Positions 49,990 to 62,049 of a DNA stretch of 64,000 nucleotides are shown here, one piece after another. Positions within the stretch are counted from its first letter, which is position 1, and each line of letters opens with the position of its first letter. The notes beneath the pieces are model-generated. The model saw only the letters and a program-made list of their open reading frames with translations. It was not told the origin of the DNA and did not search any database. The translations under genes were made by a program, and so were the position numbers. The DNA comes from Raillietiella orientalis (Eukaryota): assembly GCA_036172245.1 (NCBI GenBank), contig JAYWIR010000014.1:1240001-1304000 (forward strand), given 5' to 3'.

Positions 49990-52900
49990 ATCTTGCTGTG
50001 CGCGCGTGTTGGACAGCATGCACAGACGTGACACGTTTCTGCCTCGAGCGATACTTTCGGATGAGTCGGCTATTCATGTACCAGGGCGGGCTCATCTCCA
50101 CGGAGTTGGAACTCAAGGCTCCTGACAATCCATGAGTCACGCGAGAAAGCTGGAAGAGAATCTGGAAGATGAACCTCTTGTGCGATCCGACTCATGAACT
50201 GCGTGCTGAGATCCTTCTCTAGTATGTGAATGGCACGCAAGAGATCGCATTCATGAATGAGCTGGAAAGATGTGTGAGGTCACATGCCTAAGTGCAGCCG
50301 CAGGACAGGACGGAGCACCTTTATGCCAGTCTTCTGCCATGGAGAGCGTTCCTGATGACGCACTTTCTGGCCTAATGCATGGATGGACACCTACCTGTCA
50401 ACGCGGTGTCTAATGATCGCAGCAAACATACTCCGATAGGTGCACGAATGGAAACCGATCGCTGCTTGAGCGTCACCATAGCAATGAGGACTCACCCTGA
50501 GCAAGCTTCTGTTCCTTCTAAATTTTAGAGAGCAGTCAGAGAGAGCACGTGCCTCCTTTGTCAGTATGTTGTCATTCCGAGACGCCTTCCGTTGCGCGTC
50601 CGCGGCAGTCCATTGACGAAGGGACGGCGCCACCAAGAAGCAACCGAAGATGGCCGCGATTGCTTTCTGGGTGGCGGTTCCTTCGCTTCAGGTCCACTGA
50701 ACTCGCAGTGAGGTTTCTCAATCATTATTTGAGAAGGAAAGCAAGCCAAAGAACAGCCCTTCTTATACTCGAGAAACTTGTCCGGTATGTGAGCTCAGGC
50801 TCACAAGGCGAGGTGCTCCGCAAACAGCTCGTCCTGCTTTCCTTATGACGTTGTCATGCAACCGGTTGAAAGCGTACGAACGCTTCTGTCAGGCACGATA
50901 CAGCCCCAGTCGTTTCCAGATTGGGAATCCCGGTGACTCGAAGGATCCGCTGTCAAGCAGGAGTTGATGTGGGCAACGTGAGAAGAAAGCATGGCCCAGA
51001 AGCCTCCAATGAAGAGCAGTTCTCTGATGGAGAGGAAAAAGGATCTCCGAGCTCGGCACGTAAGGAGTTCAGTTCCAAGAGGAAGGGGGAGGATGCCAGC
51101 GGAGTTTTGGATTAGAATAGGGTGGAAGCTGCTGGACCAAGAGCCCTCGGCCAGGAGAGGAAAACCTTCGAACTGAAAATGGAACTTGTTCCCTCCTTAC
51201 CTCATTCAATGCTCTGCCGTCACCCTTCTGAGAGTACACCAAAGGCCCTAAAATGGACTGAGACGGCCTCAGCTAATGACTTCTCCTGAATGCAAGAAAG
51301 TATGGACTTGCATCAAGCAGGGTTGCACACTCAGTGCTTCCCGTTCCGAATTCTTGACATGGATGAACGCCAATGTTCCAAGGAATTGGCGTCCTGGATC
51401 ATCTCTTTGCAGTGCATCCTCCTTTCCTGATCACTCACCAGCCGAGGGGAAGGCAGAAAGCTCTTCCCACTGTTGTCCTTCACGCGATCCTCTAAGATGC
51501 AGGCGCAAATGCCTTAGTTCATTGCAACGAGAATACAGAAGAGGAGCAGCCGATTCCTTCGCAGTGGTGTCCAGCCTGCTACTTCAGATCAGGAAGAGCC
51601 GAGTTTCTCAGACAAGAGCCGTTTTCCCAGGGAGCAGCTAAATGTTCAGCAAGAGACTTCATCCTGGGTTCGAAGCTTCCAGATCGATATACGCAGACAT
51701 GGAGGACAGCAAAACAAAGCAAAGTCCTCGGAAGACTAGTCCGCTCTGGGCTTTCTACGCAGGAAGCTGAAAAAAAGGATATAAGATCTCGGTAACTGAC
51801 AAGAAAGCATATCGTCCCTCTAGCAGAGAGAGTCCTTTTCTCGGAGGCAGTAAGGGTGGTGTTTATGGCAAGAGGGAGCTAGTGAGTCGTGATGACCCTG
51901 GCTTCGTGAAAGAGACGAGAAGGTTTTTCTAGGGTTTTCTACCACGGAGGAGAAGGACCCTATGTCTTTGTTAGGAATTTCAGAACTTCTCCTTTCCCTC
52001 ATTATATATGGAAAAAATCCCCGAGAAATGTACACATAATCCTTTAGGAAAGAGGACGAAAAACAATCTGCTTGGGTTCATTCCCTGCATTACTGACTAG
52101 AAGAGGAAACTTTGCAAAAAGCTAGACTTCTGCTTTTCCAGGTCCTTCTCTTCCTTCTAGGGAAAGGGTTGGAGCGAAAGTAGAGGAGGAAACAAGGGGT
52201 CGGTGAAAAACGCTGCTGGAGTCTTCAGCTGTGGCCAGTTCAGATGTTTCACTAGAAGAGTATTGCGAGGGATCCTAGAAGCAGAAAATTGATTGGAATG
52301 GGAGGAAACTTCCTATCCTGCAAGGGGGCAAGAAAAAAGCAACGGTGATGCGGTCTCTCTCTCGGCTTCTCGGCCATCTGAAAATCCAAGAGAGAAGCAC
52401 AGCACAAGGCTGTCTGCCTTATGGCCTACATGATGCTCTCAGTCCTTATTTAGTGCATCCGAGTTTGTGAAGGTGCATTCCAGGACTTTCACAGTTCATG
52501 TGAACGTCCAGGGCTAGAAACGTCGACTTTCTGTCTCCTAGACTGAACGGCTCGTTCAACCTAAGTACATCTTTGCCAACTTAGAATAAGAAGAAACAAA
52601 AGGTCACCTTCCAGATATCGCTCCCTAGGGACCTCTAATACCAAGGTTAGGGCTACTGGAGTGCTGGAAATGCATCGACCTCCATACCTCAGCAGTGCTC
52701 GTGAAGCAAGAGCGCAAAAGGAGTGATGGAGGTTCCGCGCGATAACCTATCAAGAGATGATGAGTGCGGTTTGGGAGCCATGAGGAGCATTGTATACAAA
52801 AAGAAGCATGCAGTCCATGGAGACCACTGTTAGTAAATGTCAAGCAGGTGAACAGATGATCAAGGACGATAGATGCTCCTTACTGAGAAAATCCGAGCCG

Positions 52901-54250
52901 AACTCATGATGGCTCTACAGTCCACACTGACATTCTCTTCTACATTCAATGTTCTTGAAGGCTTGACAGCGTTTCCTCCTCTGATGCTCTCTTAGGTGAC
53001 ATGCAGTTCCCAAGAAATAAGAAGCATTCAGTTTCTCTTCTGAGTTCTCTGTAGACCCACTTCTGAAAGGGAACGACATCGTCTTCTCGACTATTTCTTC
53101 GGCCGACGATTTGCCTATGGGCCATGTAACATAAATGTAGAAGGGAAGTAGGAGTGATTCCGAGGCGTGAATGGCTTATGCTGAGCCCTGACGCTAAAAG
53201 TGAGACTTAAGATGACTCAGTGGAGAAGTAAGCAGGAATCTGATCTTCCGGTTTCTACAAGAGTTTTTCACGAAAATGCCGAAAAGGAGATCTACAGTAC
53301 GCGTCTCGAGGCCACAGGGACCACAGTTTGCAATGCGGAAGGTCTTACAGAAGACATGTTCCTTGAGTGTCACGGCTTCAGAACTCGTAACTAAAGTCAA
53401 AGGCGTGAGTCAGACTGCAGTTGCTCAGCCTAAAGAGTATATCAAGTTCAAAGTCCAAGAAGCGATCTTCTTGCAGTGCTACAGGGAATGTGCTGCTTTC
53501 TATGAGTTCGCAGTTCTGCAGGCTCACTGCAACACCTCGACTAGAAAGTGCCCTGGGATCATCAGATGCTGTTGCCTCAAGGCTACTTTTGTCAGTGTAA
53601 GCAATATTGGCTGCAAATTTGCCAGCCCTCTTTTTATACTTGCGATGCAAGCGGTCCTCTTTGCTTCGAGATCGGCTTCCACAGAAGATGAACACTGTTC
53701 GGAGTTCTGCTTGGATCTAAAATGGGTCCATGAGCACGCCCATGCCGCAAAGGCACGAGGAGAATTCATGCTCCAAAAAAAAGGCTTTCTGCTCTTCTGC
53801 ACTACGATCTCTGCGAATCGACGATGCTGCTCGCCTTTATAAGCCGATCGAATGGTAACGTTTCGGTGGATTTCTTGATTCATCCCTTATGATCTAGGAA
53901 AGCTCTGCAAATTTTTCGAGTTTCATGACCCACCTGGTAACCTGCAAACTTCCTCAGAATCTTTACCATGAGAAGTTTCCTTGTTTTCATCGTCAAGGAG
54001 ATACCAAACAAGGTCCTTGGGACATCGACATATGAAAGCTCTCAAGAGTGACGGCACCCGGTGACTCGTGCACTCATTCGGATTCCTTGTACTAACTTCC
54101 TTCCAACCTTTTTCTGACTATTCACTTTCACGTTCGGCGTCTTTAAAATGCTCTGCATCTGCTACCTCTTTCTGGCAAGAAGGCAGCTAATTCTCGTTTC
54201 CTTTTGGTTCTTCCTTGAAAACAGGTGGAGTCTCTCGTTTGTCACGTTTT
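49990..54250 (+). mobile_element. Degenerate Ty3/Gypsy element M (PR-RT-RNaseH-integrase-chromodomain?)
   Basis: PR: RVLDS..TFL (~50003). RT: ASAAVH*RRDG (~50600), FNALP (~51205), GVLDHLF (~51390), KC..FILG (~51640). RNaseH end: SYPARGQEKSNGDAVS (~52310). Integrase: EMHRPPY (~52667), VSKCQAGEQ (52829), SRPQGPQFA (53306), EFAVLQAHCNTSTRKCP (~53503), HEHA, ANRR. The ORF 53276-53842 covers the integrase core. Confidence 0.72.
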
Positions 54251-54369
54251 TTTCTGTAGTTGTGAGCTGGTTGAAGGCTGAATCGTGGACTGAAAAAGAT
54301 AGCCCTACCTCTGTAACACTATGGAATAGGCCGGAGCAAAATGCTTGACTACAGCTTAAAATGATTTAA

Positions 54370-54930
54370 ACTGCTCTCGAATACAGCCATTCAACAGTTG
54401 CAAAAGTTTTCGCCAGTGTAGTGTACTGTGCAGCAGCAGCCCTGGAAACAACCTTGCTTCGTTGTTTATATTCCTTGAAGAGAGTATGAATCCTGAAAGA
54501 GCTCCATGCGCATAAAACACCGAGTGTTTGCAAAAGCACGCGTCTAATAACCTGACGGGCTCTGAGATCCCGAGAAATGGATTCTGGGAGACGAGCCAGC
54601 AGTGTCCATCTCTGTGCTTCGTATTCCAAATCCCCTATCCGTACTTTGATCTGCCACTTTAAGAGAAATGGGATGCAGAGCTATCACATGGCATTCAAAA
54701 ACATGCCAGCTCTGTAGAGCCTGCATAAACACATGCGTTTTTCTTTTAAAGTTGACATTTGTGAAGATATAAATACGAGCATGCTTGCCACACAAACGTA
54801 GCACAGCAAATTCCAAAGTGAATTTTGTAAGAGTGAAAGTTGCAAGGAAATAATTCCATGAAATTTTCCTCTGTGTAGAATTTCGTGAGCATTGTGGTCA
54901 CTCTCGAAGGATGCATTCGTCATGAACTGC
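54370..54930 (-). mobile_element. RT fragment O
   Basis: ARIYIFTNVNFKRKTH (~54780, cf. GAxxFSxLDLKxxYH), then RWTLLARLPESI..QVIRRVLLQTLGVLC (ORF 54366-54629, cf. YEWxxLPxGL..QxxMxxVL..LGxxC). Confidence 0.45.
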
Positions 54931-56189
54931 AGCACTGTTACTAAATATCTACTCAGTCCCTAATGCACAGTAGCAACGGGGGAGAGATGGCAACTACTTG
55001 ATTCTTCAAGGAGTAGAACATCTCTCTGAAAACTTTCTCAGCAGAACAAAAAAATAATCTGAATGCAAAGAATGTAACGGTGTTCGAGCATTTGTTAAAT
55101 TCTTTATTCTGTAGTCAACGTTCCTCACATTCCAAAGCAAGTTATGTCATCTGTCGAGAAGGTTCTGCTGGCATTCGAATCCTCAACAGCTGGTTTTATT
55201 TCGCATTGTCTTCATGTTCGATGATTCCATCTTCTGCTTTTATTGTGGGCCATTTCCTTTTGTGAACAAGAGTTTGCTTTGCAGCAAAAATTTGCCTTTC
55301 TCAAGTCCTGCTAGCTGACTCAAGACTTCGGATCAATCAGTTGCTTCTGTACTCTCACATGCACTTCGCAAAGGCTCGTCTTGCCACAATTTTCAAATTC
55401 AGGTGCTCCTCAGCTGTAGATGCAAATAGGAGATAAGGTTTTGGCACATCTTTGAATTGGTCAGGCAAAAATCTTAGCTTGCAACTTTCCCTTTGTGTCA
55501 ACATCTTTGCGGGCGGCATGACTGCCATTACCTAGAAGAATCCTTTCTCTCTTTCAATCAACTTGATACTTCCTAAACAATTTTTTGTAAGGACACTGTC
55601 ATAACTGATTTCTTAGAAGAACTGCAAGGGATCTCGATCTGAAAAACAGAGAACTTTTGAAAACTCGAGTTGAATCCATGAGTATAGAAAGATTTCAGGG
55701 TTGAAATTCAATATGAATCGGAAAGATGCTTATATGATTTAATGAGGAAGAGAAGGCGTTGGAAATCAGAATATGAAATGTTGGATGTGTTAGCTAGGTT
55801 CAGTCAGCATTTTATCGATGTCAAGGAATCTCAGGAATTTTTTGAACGATTTTTTCCAAGGAGCAATGCAGAAGTGAAGGGAAATGTCTGACATTTTTCT
55901 GTGCATTCCAGTGCTCACAAGATTTTTTTTTCTTTTAAAATGTAAACATCTGAAACATTTGATAGACAATCAGAAGGCTCCAGAGAATAATTTTACTATA
56001 GCCATTTCCTTTTTTCATTGGTATCTTTTAAAAGACATAATGTAGAGTGAATGGATGGGGAGAGATCGATGAAACTAGATGGTGCAAATAAACACAGGTT
56101 CCCTGATAATATGAGGGATCACTAACTCGATTCTTCAACCCTTCGATCTCTATGGCTTAAGAACAAAACACTCTCACGAGAAATGCTGT

Positions 56190-58560
56190 TTTCATCCTTC
56201 CAGAGAGTATCTAGGAGATGTCTCTTGAATCCTGTTGCTAATTGTTCACGAGAAGAAACCTTGATTGAGAATTTCACTTTCCTTGATGGACAGGAATTCG
56301 TTCCATTTCCAGCACTTTCTCAAGTTGATTGGAAGACATTCTACTGGTCTGTGCCCTGTAGTAAAAGTTTCCTTTATTATCAACACAACATTCTCTCTGA
56401 GACTGAGGTTATTTGGAATCAGTAATTCAGTGCTTTCAAATGATAGGAATAGTTCCGGAATTCCCCTTTCGAGGAAAAAAGGAAAATCTATCCTGCTTGA
56501 ATTCTTAGAACACAGGGAAAGCAACGAGGAATATGAGACTCCATTGAGTTTCGTGCTCATTTCAGAATCTTGTTGTTTTAAGGACGATGTAGACCTTGTA
56601 GGTGGTCTCCACGAGACAGATTTATGATGGAGTTCCCTGTTGAGCATCAGAAGTCAACAAAAAAAAACCTTTATTGTCTCATGAAGTCAAATCTGTCTAA
56701 GGAATGGAAGCAGGAGATTTCCATCCTGTATGGGAAAAACACTAGTAAAGTGAATTTCGGCTTCAAACAGGAAACTGATAAGAAGCTCACGAGCTGCGTC
56801 TCTTCGTGTGTGTGCAAACTACTGCTGATTATGCAAGTCGAGAAATTTTTCCTAGGGATTCCCTATCACTTTCTTCAAAAGATGAAGGAATCATAGAAGC
56901 CTTAATGAGCCCCTATTTACGATTCATCCTCTTTGATTTTGAGTCTTTAAAAAATCAACGGTGTAAGCAAATCTTCTGTAAGAAATTCGAAAGCCGGCAT
57001 GGACAAATGTAGGCGAAATCTGATTTTCAGGGATACAAAGTAAAATTCCATCAGAGATCTTACCATTCCATGACGGCTGTCTTCAGCATCTACCTAATCA
57101 AAATCTTAGAAAAGTAGGACAATTTGCTGCTCATGCAAGCTGTAGCTCATGAATGAGTGGAAATGTGCACGGCCCACATCACCTCGAAAACGAGAGGTGA
57201 AGCATCTAGGTATAAAGGCTGACTTTATACCTAGATGGACCTAGCTATGAGGTTTCTCCTCAGGACGCACATTCAAATGAAAAAGTGCTCAGTGAGGAAA
57301 GAATGAGAAATTCCAGTAAAGGTTTCCTCTCGCCAACTTGAAGACGACGGACCGCTTCAAGAAAGGAGTCATACATCCGCCTACAAAAATGGGATCCGAC
57401 TTGGAGTGTTTTGCTCCGAGGGTAGCCGTGCCCATCACACTTCTAGTGTACTGGAGAAAGGCAGTCAAGCAGAGGATCTGTTCATGCATTGCTCCTATTC
57501 TTCACTCTGCGTGCATTACTTCCACATATTTTTCAAAAGCCCCCTTTCAATCATAAACTCTGTTGCTCAGTAAAACAAAACCAATAGAGATCGTTCGAAC
57601 AGACGGATTTATTTTTTTTATTTCTCAAGAGATTTCAAATGGAGGAATCACGTGGTCTGCTTCGCATCTTTTGAAAAACATTCATTTCCAAAAGTCTTGC
57701 AGTGCACAGTTGATGCGGCAATTTCAGTGCCATGGCTACCTGGAGTTTCATCTCAGCTCTCGCTTGCTTATCTGACGTGACCGTGCAGTCCTCTCTCAGA
57801 ATCGTTACTCTCGAGCTCGCTCGGTACCATGCTGGGCATGGTGTTCCCGAAAAGAGCCCACTCTGGAACCGTCACGAATCAGAAAGCAGCTTTGCATAAA
57901 GAAGCGTCCATTCCCTCACGGATTTTCCAATTTTTCTTCGGGGGTTGCGGTTTGAAACAATAGACGGCCCAACCGTTCCTGCGTTTCAGCGTCGAGAATG
58001 TACCTGCGATGAGAAATCCACCTCATGTGAGCCCCCAAGGGAGTCTCCTCTCTGGAGAGGGAGAGAATTTTCAGCCGTGTTCCGTTTCCTCACGAAGAAC
58101 ATACCGAAGGAAATGCTCTTCGGGCTCGCTTCAACTACTTCCTCTGGCCGTGCATAAAATCTCTTCAGCAACCACAAAGTTCAAGGTAAAAGTGATGTAG
58201 GCGGGCAGTGTGGGATTGTTCAGGAAGAAACGACCTCTGACACTTATTTTGGATATGCCCATATAAGACCACAGGAGCATACGTCATGCTCGTTTCGTAA
58301 TGATCGACAGTCCAACGGTCTCTGGACCGCAAGTCAGTGTTCATAAAAGCGAACAAACAGGAAAATGAGGATATCTCTTGGAATTGTGGAAGATCACCGT
58401 GTAGCTATTCAAATTGTGAGCGATTTTCTTGGTTTGGCATTAACGCTACAGAATCCAAATTCAACATTCCTCGGAAGGAAATGCAAAGGACACTGATTTT
58501 AGAAAAAGAAGACAAGGGAGAAGCTTTGTATCGGCACAGTGGTCTTCCTTATTGAACTTA
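56190..58560 (-). mobile_element. Degenerate Ty3/Gypsy element N (RT-RNaseH-integrase)
   Basis: RT: FLPRNVE (58480), AF..RWTV..MTYAP (~58350-58273), FYLELCGC*RDF, PWH*NC. RNaseH: KLARG..VRPEETS*LGPSR (~57340-57230). Integrase: RGIPELFLS (56467), TTGHRP, WNEFL, TSPRYSLEG. Confidence 0.65.
57203..57237. repeat. Perfect 15-bp inverted repeat with 5-nt spacer
   Basis: catctaggtataaag-gctga-ctttatacctagatg. Confidence 0.95.
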
Positions 58561-59599
58561 TATCCAAAGTGATTCAAAGACGCATTCCGAAGGGTGAGTT
58601 TTTGCTGAAGATAAGCCATAAAGAGGCATTCTCTGGGAGCTGAAGTACCTAGGGCATGGAAAAGAAAAAAATCAGAAAGTAGGACTGGGGACTAGAACAC
58701 GATCATTAAGAGTTGGGAGAATACCTGGAAATGCTGACAGCATTAAGAACGAGAGAAATTGATCACGGGACGTTTTCATTGAGACTTCCTAACACTGATC
58801 CTTAGGACTGATTTGCTATGAAGAAAATGGAAGAAATTTTTCAGGGACTCTCCATTAGATACTCTCAAAATCAAGCAAGAAAGAAGACTAACAAGAAAAA
58901 AATTTCGGTCCGCAGTTGCATCTAAGAGTGTCAGCGATAAGATTTCGTTCAACTTGTTAGAGTTTATTCGTGTTGGAAGGATGGATGCGGAAGATGAATG
59001 CCGGATTTTTATAGCTATTTTCTTATGTATTCTTGGTGCTCGTGTTCCTTGAGAGAAGCTCTCTCAAGTGCCTTTCAAAGCTCACTACCCTTGAAGAAAG
59101 GTTAGAAAAACTATAGGGTGGAATCTGTTCTTCATCCCTCAAAGATCAAGACATGCATTCATTGAAAGGAATGCAAGTCTTAACTAAACGTTGCTCGAGT
59201 TCTTTCGAGCTTCTCGTCTTTATTTTTTCCTGAACCTAGCTTTCAGATTACAAACAGGCCCACTAATCCAGAGGCAACTTGTTTCATTGAATTCTTTTTT
59301 CTCGAGTCATATCTCTAGACAAGACCAGGGAAATAGAAAAAGATTTCTCCCGCGAATCGATGTAATGATTTACTTTTGAATCTTTGAATATGCCACAGCT
59401 GATCCAAAGGAAACGAAGCCACTGATATATTGCATGCCTCAAGCATCCTCCATAGTAACAAAAACCAAGCTTCTGGAAGTGGACTGAAAATTTCATATGT
59501 ACCCGTTAATTAAGAAAACTATGATCTAAACATTCATACTCCCACTCCTTCCTTTAAGCCAATTTCATGCTTTCCAGCCGACAAGATAGGAAGTTGCAC

Positions 59600-61710
59600 A
59601 GGAACCCTGGGAACATCCAAAAGTTGTGCCGCATTCCTCAGCATCTTCGGGTCTTACAGCTCTTTGCGAGCAGAAACCCATGGCAAATCAACAGATTAGG
59701 ATTGATTTTCGTTTTGCCCGACGGGTGTCGCTAAACGTCAAAGTGCAGTGAAAATGGGCAAAGACTCAGAACACACAGCTCTGCTCGAACGCAGCATAGG
59801 ATGAAATTGCATCTTTACTTTGACAAAGTTTATGCTTTCACTAAAAGGCCAAATTTTCACCGAGTACTCAAGTAGCCCTAAGAGGAAACTTTTTCGCTGT
59901 GTTTCTTCAGGGAATGGAGAAAGCAGGTTTCACGGCCAATACGAAACACCTGTGGGCTGCAAATTCATCCAGTCAAGAAGAGACTTTGTCTTTAAGGGGG
60001 CAGACTTCCACTCTGAATCAGAAGCTTTTGCCATCAGCAGAAGTTTCCTTGCTTCAGTTTCGGCATGGAGCAGATCTTGTGCTTGGTGATGTGGTAGAAC
60101 GCTCTTCTAGCAGCTCGGCTATGCAGTCATTAGTACGGACGGTTCTCTCGCCGATGAGTCTCGTACACGTTCCCACCGCGTTGGATCACGGAAAGCTGGG
60201 AAGTGTCAACTGCACTAAGCTCAACCCCGGAGTGGACGCTCGTCACCGTCCGGATTTGCCACTGCGCGCAGGAAGAAGAATGGCCACCATCCCGGACGTT
60301 GCCTGTCCTTTCAACAGCATTCACGATCCGTTCAGAAACAAAGATGGAACAAAGATAGAATAAGAATAGGGAACACCTGCGAAGAATTGGGATGTCGAGG
60401 TAGCCGTCGGAACCCGCACGGTTGGTTCTGTAGGGTCGCGTGCGATTCCCAAAACGAACAAACGACGACAGAGCTGGGGATCGTGCGGCTACACCCCGAT
60501 CTTCCCCAGATTCGACAAGCAGTGGGATGGCTCTGTTTATGTAAACTACAACGCTACCAACAAAATTCCAGGACAGGAGCTTCAACCTTTTCGACTGTGC
60601 ACTCTGGAGTCCGCACTGAACTTCGTACTCTTCTCCGTACGAACTCTCTGTGCTTCTGGATCGCTTCTGTTGGGTGCCGCGCTGCGCTCATCCGGACAGC
60701 GGCTCTCTTTCTCGATTGCGAATCCGAAATCCCTTGGCGGCACGTTGTTCGCTTGGTGGTGCTGTCGCGTGCTCGCGATGTCCGTGATGGAGAAGGCTAA
60801 TGTCTCTCGTACCATCGTGTCGTGTGCCGGGACCGCTCCATCGCCGTGCAAGAGTCCATGCGGGATGTCGGTTCTTGAGAAAATCCGTCTTTACAACAGA
60901 GGAGGTGGTCTACATTTTCCTCTAACATCCAATGTGTCCGCGACGTACGCTGCACCCACAGATTGGGGTGACGGTCTGGTGGATGAATCGCTCAGAACAT
61001 CGGCACCTAAGAAGAATTGGTACCAAGCGATGCGGACGTAGACAGAGGTTCTTTAGAAGCGGTTTTATTATCCATACCTTCGTGGGGCTGGATTTTATAA
61101 CAGCAAGGATTTTATAACCTCTTTGGAGAACAACAAAATGTGAGAATACCAAGATATTGAAGTTTAAAAGGATCTGCCACCATTATTATCTTTAGTTCTC
61201 TCTCATTCAGGAAGTAGAGCTTGTTTGAAGATGTTTCAGCAATTTTGAGCAGTTGCAGAACCTCGTAGTTCTTTGAGTTACAGCATATTAATGAGAAAAT
61301 AACGATTAGGTTTCTCAGAGTAAGAAGTCAAGGCAGGTCAGGCTAGTTCCTTATTTTTTTTTGAATATGTATCCTAGAAGGCTTTATTTATGCATTGGAA
61401 TAGGCAAGATGCCTGGAAAGCATCGCTTCTGGAACTAATGTGGAAGAAATCCAAATATGCTGTCGAGCTTCCTTGACCGAGGATTGCACTGCTTGCATTT
61501 ACCAAAGGGAACAAAGATAACTCAGATGTCAAGTACAAATTCGTAATTTCTCTAAAGGGAAGGCTGAATGAGTTTGTTTAACCTGAAATACTCATCATCC
61601 TCTATTTCTTCATGAAAAGCCAAGATTCACACAACCTTTCAACTTAAAAGTCCATTTTTCTGCTTGTTTGTTTGTCGTTATTGAAGGAGTCTCCCAAACA
61701 TTTCGTCTTC
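59600..61710 (+). mobile_element. Mosaic Ty3/Gypsy element D (own RT start + block shared with C + own RNaseH end and integrase start)
   Basis: QKP..IRIDFRF (~59670-59715, cf. KPxGxxRxCIDFR), then the block 59892-61034 shared with C, then FIIHTFVG..TARIL (61063-61114, RNaseH end), DCTAC (61482) and LFVVIEGVSQ (~61667). Confidence 0.65.
59892..61034 (+). repeat. 1,143-bp near-identical inverted repeat, copy 2 (within element D)
   Basis: Starts tttcgctgtgtttcttcag and ends taccaagcgatgcg. Identity to 39874-41016 stops abruptly at both ends. Confidence 0.97.
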
Positions 61711-62049
61711 CTGGAAGTGATGCTTCCCTTGCTGAAAGTTGAATAGCTCCTCCATCCAAACTGGCATCCACACCTCTTTCCACCTGGTTGTCGGATGTCA
61801 GACAGCGACAGAGGGAGGGAGGGATTCGGAACGATCTGCTCGCCAGGTTTGGTTTAGGAAAGCCTGCAAGTTGTGCCCTGTTTTGCCTTAATCCCACCGG
61901 GACCAGCATCAGCGCATTTCTAGAGGAGGATGAGTAGCATCCAAAGGCGAGGGCTCGACTCCCGTAGTGTCTCATGAGGGAGCATCTTCTAGATAAGCGC
62001 ATCATTGGAGAATTCGTAATCGAGGACCTCAGCTCGAAGACTGCATCTG

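Noticed and set aside
59892..60363. Splice-acceptor-like ttcttcag followed by a 150-codon frame, read as a duplicated exon
   Set aside because: The frame is decayed RT sequence and no partner exons or donor site are evident.
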